A stretch of 36,575 nt of DNA. Source: Octopus bimaculoides (lineage: Eukaryota). The DNA is taken from positions 1,161,313-1,197,887 of the forward strand of contig NC_068996.1 in assembly GCF_001194135.2 (NCBI RefSeq), read 5' to 3'. This document shows, in pieces, positions 1 through 12,379 of the stretch. The position numbers and the translations under genes were made by a program. How positions within the stretch are numbered: the stretch's first letter is position 1; the number at the start of each line of letters is the position of its first letter. The notes under the pieces are model-generated. The model saw only the letters and a program-made list of their open reading frames with translations, was not told the DNA's origin and did no database searches.

Positions 1-87
1 TTTTTTATATTTTATAAAATCTTTAAAGTCATATTTAATGTAAACCATTCGCATTACTGATCTCGATCAGTTGTTTTGTACCATTCT

Positions 88-305
88 ATGTTTGGTCCCC
101 TGTGGGCAATAAAGAAATTGGTATTTCGTCTGCCGCTACGTTCTGAGTTCAAATTCCACCGAGGTCGACTTTGCCTTTCATCCTTTCGGGGTCGATTAAA
201 TAAGTACCAGTTATGCACTGGGGTCGCTATAATCGACTTAATCCGTTTGTCTGTCCTTCTTTGTCCCCTCTGTATGTAGCCCCTTGCGGGCAGTAAAGAA
301 ATAAG
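88..305 (+). mobile_element. tRNA-SINE family A: headless body preceded by a copy of its own tail
   Basis: Body 120-305 has B-box-like gagttcaaattcc, central gaggtcgactttgcctttcatcctttcggggtcgat and tail ccccttgcgggcagtaaagaaat. The same tail is seen at 88-118. Family recognised from recall of octopus repeats. Confidence 0.8.
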
Positions 306-1072
306 TAGTGTGTTGGCTGCTAGCGCACAACCTCTGTATGAGTCTACAGAATTTTCAATGTCCTGGTCCATTATCGACCAATATACATAGCACCTTATTA
401 AAGCTTTCATTCTCGGCATTCCCGAGTGTCCAAAGTGGAATATCTGCAATACTTGTTTCTGTAGTTCAGTTGCTACTTCCACTCTTTGCACGTATATTAA
501 AACATCGTCGCATAGTGAAGAATTAGTCGAATTTGTATTTTTATTGTGCTTATTTTTCAAAAATTCTTTCATTCTTGTAATGTAATTGCCCTCTGCGGAT
601 TTCATTTTTATACCATGCGTTGTCACTGGCAGATCATGAATAACATTACACATAATACTTTTAATTTCATTTTCTGACGACTGCACCGTATCTGCTATCC
701 GTTCCACATTCTTGGGAATTTGTCTCTATTGACAGTTCGCATGACCAATTTTCTTCGACGGAATATACTACATCTTACAATTGTAGTCTAAAAATATTCT
801 ACCCCAGCGTTGAAGTCGGTCCGCTGTATGGGTAGGCAATCCTTTTTTTGACCCCAAAATTGATAGTAATGTTCGATGGTCACTTTGTAGCAAAAAAGCG
901 TCTACCGTGTAGACATTTGTGAATTTTTTTTTACCGCCAAAGAGTTACTGTCTTCATATTTCCATCTTTATACTTGTGTAGAAATAATGCTCCTATTTCA
1001 TAATCCGAAGCATCCAAAGCTACGACAATGTCCATATCAGGATAGAAATGCGCTAGTGACAAATCAGAAATT
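306..1072 (-). mobile_element. Ty3/Gypsy LTR-retrotransposon pol remnant (RNase H + integrase Zn-binding domain), decayed
   Basis: Minus-strand translation gives SDLSLAHFYPDMDIVVALDASDYEIGALFLHK, then RFLLQSDHRTLLSILGSKKGLPTHTADRLQRW, then LQKQVLQIFHFGHSGMPRMKALIRCYVYW...RGCALAA. RNase H before integrase is the Gypsy order. Stops and frameshifts are present. Confidence 0.9.
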
Positions 1073-1408
1073 AGTATTCTTTTTATATATATTTACATAC
1101 ACACACGCTCACATACATGTTCATGAGTATGTGTAAATACACAAAGTAAATCAGTGTCATAACATTGCCTCCGTCTTTCTTTAACTATTCATGAATTCTT
1201 AATGAGGAGTTTTAATAATACCAAAGTATATGTTTTATTAGGAAGTTGTGTACTAATGATTGCACAATTGCAGTAGATTGAATGTTTAATATATATGAAC
1301 CTTTGACGTATGTGTCTCTGTGTGTGTTTGTGTATGTATTGGTATGTGCCTACATACATACATGCATACATATACACATACATAAGTATGTACATACATA
1401 CATGCGTA

Positions 1409-1414
<6 letters not shown>

Positions 1415-1451
<37 letters not shown>

Positions 1452-1461
1452 NNNNNNNNNN

Positions 1462-1495
<34 letters not shown>

Positions 1496-1711
1496 TATAC
1501 ACACATATATACATACATACACAACTGAATACATGCACACATGCACAACTGAATACACACACTCGTGCACATTTATATACGGGTGTACTGTGCGCGTCTC
1601 TTCATGTATGCAAAAAGGAAAGGCATAGGGGTGTAAATATATTCGCTTCGTTATGTACAATGAGTTGGGTATAATTGCAGATGCAGGTGAACGTTTGAAT
1701 CAATCAATATC

Positions 1712-1743
<32 letters not shown>

Positions 1744-1760
1744 GCGCGCGCGCATATATA
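1415..1760. repeat. (TA)n, (CA)n and (CG)n microsatellites with a 10-N gap
   Basis: Directly visible simple repeats. Confidence 0.95.
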
Positions 1761-2049
1761 TATGTATACATAAAAAACATAACCCCTTATACAATCAGAT
1801 AACTACCCACGAATGGTGAAGACGCATGCAAATACAAACGCACAAAGCATATTGCCCATCCGTACATACACAGTCAAACATATATACATTGTGTGCGAAT
1901 ATTCCGTATGTGTTTCTGTGCATGCCTTAGTATATGAGTACTTATATGTTTCAAACCTATTTTTGTGCGTGAATAAATGTGTGATTTAAGTTAAATACTC
2001 TTTTCAATTTCTAAAAATGTATATATGTTTATATAGCTTTATGAATGCT

Positions 2050-2355
2050 CGGGTTTCTAGGTTTAGTTCCACTGCATGGCTCCTTTGCAGATGTCTTCTA
2101 GTACATGCCCGGGTCGACTAAATCGTTTTGATTGGATTTAGCTGTCGGAAATTGAACGAAGCCCGTCGTTTATATAAACACACAGACACATGCGTATATA
2201 CTTGTGTGTATATGTATACATATATGCATATCTGTGTGCGTGGGTGCATGTGTGTCTGCGCGCATGTGTGCGCATGTCTTTATGCTGTATTTGTCCACGT
2301 CTACCACTTGACAGCCTGTGTTGTCTGTTTACGTCCTCGTAATGCAGCGATTCAC
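2050..2355 (+). mobile_element. tRNA-SINE family B, degraded copy with internal microsatellite
   Basis: 2050-2170 and 2283-2353 align by eye to the copy at 35361-35782 (ttagttccactgcatggc; gaaattgaacgaagcccgtcg; cttgacagcc..gtttacgtcctcgtaa). Confidence 0.65.
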
Positions 2356-2424
2356 ATAAGGACGAAGTACGAGGTTCAAAAATTATGTGCATGTTTGTAG
2401 TCTAATATAATTAAACAATAAGAG

Positions 2425-2426
<2 letters not shown>

Positions 2427-2462
<36 letters not shown>

Positions 2463-2767
2463 GTAGAAGAATATATGCACACACAAAAATAGATAAAGGG
2501 AGTGTGAGAGAGTGCCATCGGGAGAAGGAGGGAAAGAAAACGTATGTATACTAAAAAGAAATATGCGTATATATACGCATGTGTATACATATATGAATAT
2601 GTAAGAAAAATATACGTTTGTAAATTTGAATGCAACACTCACACACACACACATTTATATGTGTATGTATACATGTGTGTGTATGTATGTAAATATATAT
2701 ATATGTATATATGTATGTACATATATATGTGTATACATATATGTATGTACATATATATGTGTATACA

Positions 2768-2801
<34 letters not shown>

Positions 2802-2960
2802 NNNNNNNNNNNNNNNNNNNNNNNNNNNNNNNNNNNNNNNNNNNNNNNNNNNNNNNNNNNNNNNNNNNNNNNNNNNNNNNNNNNNNNNNNNNNNNNNNNN
2901 NNNNNNNNNNNNNNNNNNNNNNNTATATACACATGTGCGTGGTGTGCGTGTGTGTATATC
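2427..2960. repeat. (GT)n, TA/TG-rich minisatellite (30-nt unit twice) and N gap
   Basis: Visible. atgtatgtacatatatatgtgtatacatat is repeated at about 2711-2770. Confidence 0.9.
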
Positions 2961-3438
2961 TGTATATCAATTTGTCTATTTGTATATTTGTGTGAATGTA
3001 TTTACAACTTTTCTCCAGGCTATAACGGGCTTGCATTCTGCCCATCCTCTACGCGGCTTAAATGAATAAAAAGGATCCATTCAAACAAATCTCTGGTCAC
3101 GCAAAGAGATGTCACAAGGTCGAAATACTGGCTGCTTCAATGATAAAATGATTTGGCACTGTACTTTTTGCTTTTAGCATATCAGTCACCCTCAGGCCTC
3201 GGTTTAGTAGAAAGAAAATAAATTAAAAATAATAAATTTAAAAAATATATCACTAATCATCACAAAGGTTGTAGAAACAAAATAGATTTCATTGAGACCT
3301 TAATCAAACCATTAAGAACACTGGTGTGTAAAGTGGTGCAAAGTGAGTAAGTGTGTGATTGTGTGTGCGTGTGAGTATGTGTGAATGTGCGCACATATAT
3401 ATACACACATACACACTCATATATGCATATGTATATAC

Positions 3439-3474
<36 letters not shown>

Positions 3475-4103
3475 CTTTTGGATTTACAATTTATTCCTTC
3501 ACCGCAACCACTAGCTGGAATACACAGGTGCTTACAATTCTCAAGTATTACCTCTAATTTTCAATTTACCTATATATATATAAATGAGAAAAAATGCTAA
3601 ATATAAATTAACGGAAATAAATTAATCAGAAAGTAGTAAACTCCGTATACATCCATCTTGAACCAAAGACTTGTCTCAACTTTTAGGAAAATAAGTTTAC
3701 ATTCAAATATTGTAATGTCAGAAAATGATAAACTTTAAAAATTACTTGTCACTTATGTCTGTTAACGATCCTTTGGAAAAGAAGTCAGTTATCTTGAATC
3801 CCTTATTTTCATATTGATTAACTATATTATTGTTAGGTGTATATTTATTTTTTCACTGTATCCGCTCTGGCTAATAATGCATTGTAATACTCAACGTGTG
3901 AATTAATTATTGCTTTATTCGCAGAAAGCCTGGATATTCTATTTGGCACACTTTTCATTATACCGTTTAAGATGGGTTCGATCTTATATTAACATACCTT
4001 AGATTTTCGTTGGGTCTGGGGTATGGTTCGTATATGCCAGTATTTAGATTGAATGGTATATTTAGAAAATTCACTACTTCAAAATTGTTTTCTGTTGTTA
4101 TAG

Positions 4104-4260
4104 ACAGTCCACTGAATCACTTTGGAACATGTGCAAAAGACAATGCACATCACTCGCTGACCTAATATGGAACCTCAAAAAAAGAAGATATATCATACAG
4201 TACGATGTGGACAGTGATATGAAATGCGTACACGTACAATGCATACTCAAAAATGTGTAA
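4104..4260 (+). CDS. Candidate terminal coding exon of an unidentified host gene
   Basis: Acceptor ttgttttctgttgttatag, then a 50-codon open frame QSTESLWNMCKRQCTSLADLIWNLKKEDIIQYDVDSDMKCVHVQCILKNV*, then AT-rich UTR-like sequence. No homologue recognised. Confidence 0.35.
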
Positions 4261-5376
4261 CCTTTACATGGAAGAAACACTATACATAATATTATACAAT
4301 GATAGCATCATTATCAAGCACTCTCAAATTGTTCTAACGTGTATCTACAAATTTAAAAGCTCGTTTTTCGAATTTCAAAGGAGCTTGTGTTATCTAATTT
4401 TATATCAATCATTTATTTACTTATATATGCATTTATTGAGGACATTTTTATTATCATTATTAATATCATTAAACTGCTGTTTATTTATATTATGTAATTT
4501 CATAATTATTTGTATGTGTGTAAAAGTGAAACAACTATTGGACATAGGCATTTACCATGACGTACATTTACCATGTATGTGTAGCTGCAAACCCAGTTAT
4601 AGAATGAGTTTTGCATGCATTTCTATATTAGCATTATTATACGTGAGTGAACATATCACGTTATATATAATCATGAAGGTCGCAACGAACAAACCTAATA
4701 AGGTTACCCCTATCCTCACATTTCTTTTTCGAGTATAATGTCAAAAATCTAAATGAATGGATATAAATAAGGGATAGATATAATTGTATGTGCGTGTTTA
4801 GAGGCTTGTAAGTAGAGTAGCATGAAAAGATACACATTCATGAGAGTGAAAATTGTGAGTATATATTTAGATAGATATACGTATATACATAAAAATAGAC
4901 ATTAGTTTTGAGTAAATGTATATGTCCGTATATATAAGGATGCGTTCAAGTATAGTTTGTTTAATTGTCTCTCTTAACTACTAGTTTGCAACCGGGATAA
5001 AGACCGCGATGGTAATATTATAGAGCTAAAATTAAATCTGTAAACTGACAGGATTTGGTATCCTGGTGTACTAAGGAAGTGGTCACATGCCACTGATTTT
5101 CTTTCAAGTGGAACGATAACAGACACGAGAGACAATACTTAAAGTTTATCATTTTATGACATCATATTTGAATAAAAAATTATATTCCCAAAACTTGAGA
5201 CAAACTTGTAATTAAGGATAGAATGAATACGGGGTTTATTTTTAGCATTTTAACTTTCCACTTTCGACTAAAATATGATAACACATCAACCAAGAGTTGA
5301 AGTAGAAGTAGTTGATTGATCATATCAAACTCCTTGATTTTTACGCTCGTATAAGAAAATAATTGATTTTTTATTT

Positions 5377-5422
5377 GTGTGTGTGTGTGTTTGTGTGCGT
5401 GCGTGCGTGCGTGCGTGCGTGC

Positions 5423-5478
<56 letters not shown>
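5377..5478. repeat. (GT)n/(GCGT)n compound microsatellite
   Basis: Visible. Confidence 0.95.
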
Positions 5479-5479
<1 letters not shown>

Positions 5480-5784
5480 GCATTTAAAGAGCAGTGAATC
5501 CTTTTACCAAAATGTTCAACACCAAGATTATTTTGTTTCAATCAGTTCATCACGTCATTTCTATCCGGAGATACCACCGCCGCCATATGTGAATTATATT
5601 TCACATTTATATAAATCCTCCTCCAATTTTTAAACAACCCTTCTATAAGAAGCTCACTTTCCCTACTCTCTCCTGTGAACTATACATATATTCAGAGTCT
5701 GATGAAAGCGACTAACAAATTTCGAATCCACTTTAAAATTTTTCTTTTAAATAAGTTTTGTATATATACCGATATACATGCTCA

Positions 5785-5870
5785 TACACACACACACACA
5801 CACGCACACACACACGCACACACACACACACACGCACACACACACACACACAGAGACACACGCACACACA
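5785..5870. repeat. (CA)n microsatellite
   Basis: Visible. Confidence 0.95.
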
Positions 5871-6799
5871 AATACATATACTGCAAATGCTCCAGTATGT
5901 GGGCCAATATTTCATTTACCAGAACAATCATCATATGAGACGAACAGATTTTAAAAGAACGCTACCGCTATTTATAGCAGTGTGAGTTAGCGTGAATGTC
6001 CAATAGAATTCTTGAAATGCTAGTCATTAAAAGTTATTTATAAGTGCAATTTCGATTATTTATTTCTCGGTCAACCGCATATTTATGTCATCGGCTTATG
6101 AAAAAACGATAGTTTCATCTTACTAAAAGTTTCAAGCTAACTTGTACTAATATAAATGGCGTGCATAAAGTGTTCCTTTCTCTCCAATGAAGATCGTAGT
6201 AGCACGTGAAACATTACGCCTAATATCTAGAGAGAATTTAATAGATATTTGATTTTAATCTAATATGGATTGTGTGGTTCCTCAGCATCTTTAAATGTAT
6301 AACTCTATACAAACACGCAAACGCGTAACAAACGCGTATATATGTATTCGAGGAAAGTATAAATACTTACAAACACACACCACACACACACACAAACTTA
6401 CACTTACAAACACTCAACCACACTTATATATATTGTATTAATATCATATATATAGAATATTATATATCTATATATAATATCTATGTTTATATTTATAAAT
6501 ATTAATGCATATGGATGTTTGTCATATACATAAACATATGCACATACACAAATACACTTATATATATACATCCGCGCACACACCACCATACACACATATT
6601 TCAAATTCTTTTAATAATAATACCATTCATAAAATTAGAACTTTATGAAGAATTTGAATATATTTACATTTTCTACAGGCAACAAATTCAAAGAGATTGA
6701 TAGAAGGTAGTCGGTTAGACAAATTCCGACGCCTACTTTAAAGGTTTCTCCGTGACAAAATATTACTATCTCGCTCTCTCATACCCACACATGCCTTAT

Positions 6800-6910
6800 C
6801 TATATATGTATGTATGTTTATACATATAAATGTATTTACACACACACACACACAAACGCACGAACACACACGCACACATATATATATATGTGTGCGTACA
6901 TATATATACA

Positions 6911-6957
<47 letters not shown>

Positions 6958-7004
6958 TTATATATTTATATATATATATGCCTATGTATGTGTGCATGTG
7001 TGCG

Positions 7005-7069
<65 letters not shown>

Positions 7070-7120
7070 NNNNNNNNNNNNNNNNNNNNNNNNNNNNNNN
7101 NNNNNNNNNNNNNNNNNNNN

Positions 7121-7154
<34 letters not shown>

Positions 7155-7160
7155 GCACAT
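6800..7160. repeat. (CA)n/(TA)n microsatellites with N gap
   Basis: Visible. Confidence 0.95.
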
Positions 7161-7162
7161 GT

Positions 7163-7507
7163 GGAGGCGCAATGGCCCAGTGGCTAGAGCAGTGGACTCG
7201 CGGTCATAAGATCGCGGTATCGATTCCCGGACCTAAGGCTCCACGAGGCTCCGGCAGGGAGTGGTGACGTACTCTGCTGTACTCTTTCACCACAACTTTC
7301 TTTCACTCTTTCTTCCTGTTTCTCTTGTACCTGTAATTCAAAGGACCAGCCTTATCACACTTTGTGTCACGCTGAATCTCTCCGAGAACTACGTTAAAGG
7401 TACAAGTATCTGTGGAGTGCTCGGTCACATGCACATTAAATTCACGAGTAGGCTGTTCAGTTGATTGGATCAACTGGAACCCTCGTCGTCGCAACCGACG
7501 GAGTGTC
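7163..7507 (+). mobile_element. tRNA-SINE family C, near full length
   Basis: tRNA-like head ggaggcgcaatggcccagtggctagagcagtggactcgcgg, with A box tggcccagtgg (7173-7183) and B-box-like ggtatcgattccc (7216-7228). The body ends cctcgtcgtcgcaaccgacggagtg. Confidence 0.85.
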
Positions 7508-8179
7508 GTAGTAGTATATAAATGCCCGCATACACACGCACATATATGTACATACACACATTTACATTTGTATTTATGTATATACATCCGCCCAAACTGA
7601 CACGCTTATACATAGTAAATTTTGTTTCATACCCCTAATTATATTTATTTCAAAATTTACTTTTCTATGTTCATTCATGTTTCAAGATTCATTCATGTTT
7701 TGCATAAAGCAGTTTTAGTGAGGCTTGATTCTTGATTTTGCAAGAAGGGGTCTTTGAAAAGATGTTCTGGTTGGTAAATCCTCAACATCTGTTTTCATTG
7801 ATTTACACTTTTTTTTATACCTGCTATAATTTCGTGTAGAACTATAAGTATATTTCTATTCGTAAGCATCGAATACTTAATATTTTAGAATTATGTCGAA
7901 TTCAGTATTGCATGGTGGCTTTATCAACAAATATTTTTTCTACCTAGTTATGTCATATGTTTTATTCTGTATAAAATTTGTCTTTCTCTTTCCCATCTAA
8001 CAGTTTCAGAAAATCTTAACATATATAGCTTTATAGTTATATTTGTGGGCATAGTAGACTATATTCTAATTGAAATGTTTCATTTATTCAACTGTGTAAA
8101 ACATATATAATGTGTATACAAATGTGGAAATGCATTAGCTGTAATACATATACAAATATACATTTCGATATGTACATGC

Positions 8180-8235
8180 ATATATGATACATACATACAT
8201 ACATGCATACATACCAATATATAAATATGTATCCA

Positions 8236-8268
<33 letters not shown>

Positions 8269-8611
8269 NNNNNNNNNNNNNNNNNNNNNNNNNNNNNNNN
8301 NNNNNNNNNNNNNNNNNNNNNNNNNNNNNNNNNNNNNNNNNNNNNNNNNNNNNNNNNNNNNNNNNNNNNNNNNNNNNNNNNNNNNNNNNNNNNNNNNNNN
8401 NNNNNNNNNNNNNNNNNNNNNNNNNNNNNNNNNNNNNNNNNNNNNNNNNNNNNNNNNNNNNNNNNNNNNNNNNNNNNNNNNNNNNNNNNNNNNNNNNNNN
8501 NNNNNNNNNNNNNNNNNNNNNNNNNNNNNNNNNNNNNNNNNNNNNNNNNNNNNNNNNNNNNNNNNNNNNNNNNNNNNNNNNNNNNNNNNNNNNNNNNNNN
8601 NNNNNNNNNNN

Positions 8612-8643
<32 letters not shown>

Positions 8644-8780
8644 CTAGATATGTATGCATAATCATGAATGCATATATCTGTATATATATATGTACACCAA
8701 ATACCGCAAATATATGTGCGTATGTATGTATGTATGTATGTATGTATGTATGTATGTATGTATGTATGTATGTATGTATA
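8180..8780. repeat. (TA)n, N gap and perfect (TATG)n array (8721-8779)
   Basis: Visible. Confidence 0.95.
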
Positions 8781-8897
8781 CAAGTGCACTCACACATGTG
8801 CTACACATTTTAAGCATTGAGTTTACTTTTACCTCTTCACCAAAAGCAAAGAAGCTACAATGCTCGATATTTCTATATATTTCTTTTCTCGTTGCCA

Positions 8898-8990
8898 GTG
8901 AGTAAATTTTACAGTCTGCAGTAGTTTTCGACTTACTCATGTAATAAACAACTCGGAAAGGCACTGAAGCTAATCTCATATTAATTTCAG
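8898..8990 (+). other. Candidate 93-nt spliceosomal intron
   Basis: Donor CA|gtgagt at 8898, branch-like ctaat at 8970-8974, acceptor ttaatttcag ending 8990. Confidence 0.35.
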
Positions 8991-9049
8991 GATGGACAAT
9001 GACGTTGACAGAATTCTTGATGACTACTATTTAAAGGATTATCCTTAGC

Positions 9050-9140
9050 AACCGTTGGCTGGCTGCAGGCAGCACGTGAAAATCCGAAGTGGCTTTAAAT
9101 CCTACACGCCAAAAAATCAATGTTGGCTAGCCAATCAGTC
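9050..9140. promoter_or_regulatory. Candidate regulatory motif cluster (E-box, NF-Y CCAAT)
   Basis: cacgtg at 9073-9078 and agccaatcag at 9129-9138 within the palindrome ttggctagccaa. Locally GC-richer non-repeat sequence. Confidence 0.25.
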
Positions 9141-9193
9141 ATGCAAACTGATTTCGAACTAATGTGTGTTCAATTTTGTTTTCTTTTAGCAGT

Positions 9194-9194
<1 letters not shown>

Positions 9195-9238
<44 letters not shown>

Positions 9239-9767
9239 CTAAAATTGTACGTATATACAAATTCACATTTATAGATATATAAGTATGTATATACATGTAT
9301 ATATACTACATATATNNNNNNNNNNNNNNNNNNNNNNNNNNNNNNNNNNNNNNNNNNNNNNNNNNNNNNNNNNNNNNNNNNNNNNNNNNNNNNNNNNNNN
9401 NNNNNNNNNNNNNNNNNNNNNNNNNNNNNNNNNNNNNNNNNNNNNNNNNNNNNNNNNNNNNNNNNNNNNNNNNNNNNNNNNNNNNNNNNNNNNNNNNNNN
9501 NNNNNNNNNNNNNNNNNNNNNNNNNNNNNNNNNNNNNNNNNNNNNNNNNNNNNNNNNNNNNNNNNNNNNNNNNNNNNNNNNATATATATATATATATATG
9601 TATATGCATATATTTATATGCTTCTATATACATATATATATAAGCATATATATATATGCATATATATGCATATATCTATATGCTTATATATATGTATGTA
9701 TATATATATATATAAATAATATATGAGTATATGCATATATATGTACATGTATGTACATACCTTCATC

Positions 9768-9805
<38 letters not shown>

Positions 9806-10035
9806 CACATATCTTTGTGTGTGTGTATGCGTGTATGTGTGTATGTATGTAAAGATAATGAAAATAATTTATGCATATTCACATTATATACATAGTGTAT
9901 AGGAAGAGCTTTTGCATGTATACATGCTAATAAACCACGAATACATATTTATATATACATATATACATAAACACACACACACACACACGCGCCCGCAGAG
10001 ACATACATAAATAGGGAAAGTCGGTAACAGGATAC

Positions 10036-10085
<50 letters not shown>

Positions 10086-10150
10086 GATATAATATCGTAT
10101 CTGTAATATATATACATGTGTGTATGTGTGTGTGTATGTATCTGTGTTTT
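9195..10150. repeat. (GT)n, (TA)n and (CA)n microsatellite field with N gap
   Basis: Visible. Confidence 0.9.
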
Positions 10151-10585
10151 TAATTGCTTCGTGAATTTAAGATATAAAATATTGAGATACATATGGTTTG
10201 AACGTATAGACAAGTACATGTAGAGACATATTTCCCTATACACACTCATTCTGACACCACATCGCCAAAACTTAAAATGCTATATATACTTTTAAAAATG
10301 ATAAACAATGCTATGTAGGTGTAAATGTTGTGCGTTTTGTGAATTTGTATAAATATACGAGGCTAAGCAGACATAGGAGAATCTAAGATGTGAATGTATG
10401 AACATGCATGTGTGTGTGTGTATACACACACACACATGTATGTATATATATATATATATATATATACATATATATATGTTCGTGCATTCACATTTCCTTA
10501 AACTTTACCATGTCTGTGTAGTTTCAGATATTAACACAAATTCACAAACACAGAGTGATAAAAATATACTATATATACGTTAATT

Positions 10586-10955
10586 ATTTATTCTTTTATT
10601 TTTTAAACTTCTTTCAGCTATTTGACAGCCGCACTGCTAGACCATCATCTTAAAGGATAATTTTTAGTCGAAGAAATCAACTCTAGGATTTTCTTTCTAA
10701 GCCTAGTACACATTCTATCGATCGCTAGGTCTAGGGGATGTAAACACACCAGCATCGGCTGTCAATTGTGTGTGTGTGTGTGTGTGTATACATGCGACGG
10801 GCTTCTCTCAGTTTCCGTTCAGAAAATTCACTCACAGGATTGGGCACCTCGAGTCTATACCAAAAGTCACTTAGCCAATGTACCGTGCAGTGAGTACTGA
10901 ACCCGGAACCATATAATGGGGGAAGAAAAACTTATTACTACACACCCAGACCTGC

Positions 10956-10956
<1 letters not shown>
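10586..10956 (-). mobile_element. tRNA-SINE family B, full length, reverse strand
   Basis: The reverse complement matches 35361-35782 from head (cgcagg..gtgtgtagtaa, ggttccgggttcagtactcactgcacgg) to tail, with an internal (CA)n. Confidence 0.85.
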
Positions 10957-11007
<51 letters not shown>

Positions 11008-11017
11008 NNNNNNNNNN

Positions 11018-11055
<38 letters not shown>

Positions 11056-11290
11056 ATTTATGTATATGAATATCTATAATGTTACATATGCACTACCCAC
11101 ATAAATATGTAAATTTATATGCATGTATATATATGTATGTATATATATGCATGTATATATATGCATGTATATATATGTATGTATATACACACAAATCTAT
11201 AATATATGTAATAATATATNNNNNNNNNNGTATGTATATACACACAAATCTATAATATATGTAATAATATATATATACACATATACATAC

Positions 11291-11333
<43 letters not shown>

Positions 11334-11905
11334 CACACATGCACACACACGCACACACACACACATATATATATATATATAGACATACATACATATATAT
11401 AATTTTATATATATATATATATACATATACATAAATATATATGTATATATATACATATACCTATATATATATAATTATGTATATATATGTATATATATGT
11501 AAATATATATATATATATATATATATATANNNNNNNNNNNNNNNNNNNNNNNNNNNNNNNNNNNNNNNNNNNNNNNNNNNNNNNNNNNNNNNNNNNNNNN
11601 NNNNNNNNNNNNNNNNNNNNNNNNNNNNNNNNNNNNNNNNNNNNNNNNNNNNNNNNNNNNNNNNNNNNNNNNNNNNNNNNNNNNNNNNNNNNNNNNNNNN
11701 NNNNNNNNNNNNNNNNNNNNNNNNNNNNNNNNNNNNNNNNNNNNNNNNNNNNNNNNNNNNNNNNNNNNNNNNNNNNNNNNNNNNNNNNNNNNNNNNNNNN
11801 NNNNNNNNNNNNNNNNNNNNNNNNNNNNNNNNNNNNNNNNNNNNNNNNNNNNNNNNNNNNNNNNNNNNNNNNNNATATATATATATATATATATATATAT
11901 ACACT
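10957..11905. repeat. (CT)n, (TA)n and (CA)n microsatellites with three N gaps
   Basis: Visible. Confidence 0.95.
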
Positions 11906-12379
11906 ATACATGTACCCAGAAGAACACGCCCGCACATACTCATATATTTATAAGCCTTTCTTTTTTTGTATGTGTATGTGTAGGTTTGTATGCGTTTGTC
12001 GGTGGTTTCAGTAGCTGTGTTAATCCGGAGATTAAACACATCTAGGTTTAAAGGACTCAATACATAAATAAAGGGGAATTACTGCTTTTTCATTTTTATA
12101 TTTACATTTTGCTTATGTATACATGTGTATACATATATATATATATATATGTATATATATAATATACATACACAGACACACACACACACATATCTATATA
12201 CATAAATAAAAAAAAACATATACATATGCACACATATGTATATATATTTGCATTAATAGGTATGTACAAAAACATGTAAACCTGTTAATGTAGATTTGCG
12301 TGTGTGTATGCGAGTATTTTGAGTGTGTGTATGTATGTATGTATCTATCTATTTATCTATCTATCTATAATATATGCAA

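Noticed and set aside
54-707. 217-aa ORF as a host gene
   Set aside because: It is a chimera of a Gypsy integrase remnant and antisense SINE sequence.
3010-3210. Old SINE-like patch
   Set aside because: Could not be aligned convincingly to any of the three SINE families.
6124-6226. Minus-strand exon with good acceptor and gtaagat donor
   Set aside because: All three frames hit a stop before the donor. It could be a terminal or non-coding exon but has no other support.
7163-7235. tRNA gene (also 35361-35430)
   Set aside because: No complete cloverleaf, and it continues into a SINE body.
11177-11272. Exact 43-nt duplication
   Set aside because: It flanks a 10-N gap on both sides, so it is most likely a contig-overlap artefact.
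1189-12060. Many ORFs rich in YI/HT/CV/MY repeats and X runs (also near 21400, 30000 and 33650)
   Set aside because: They are translations of dinucleotide microsatellites and N gaps, not genes.
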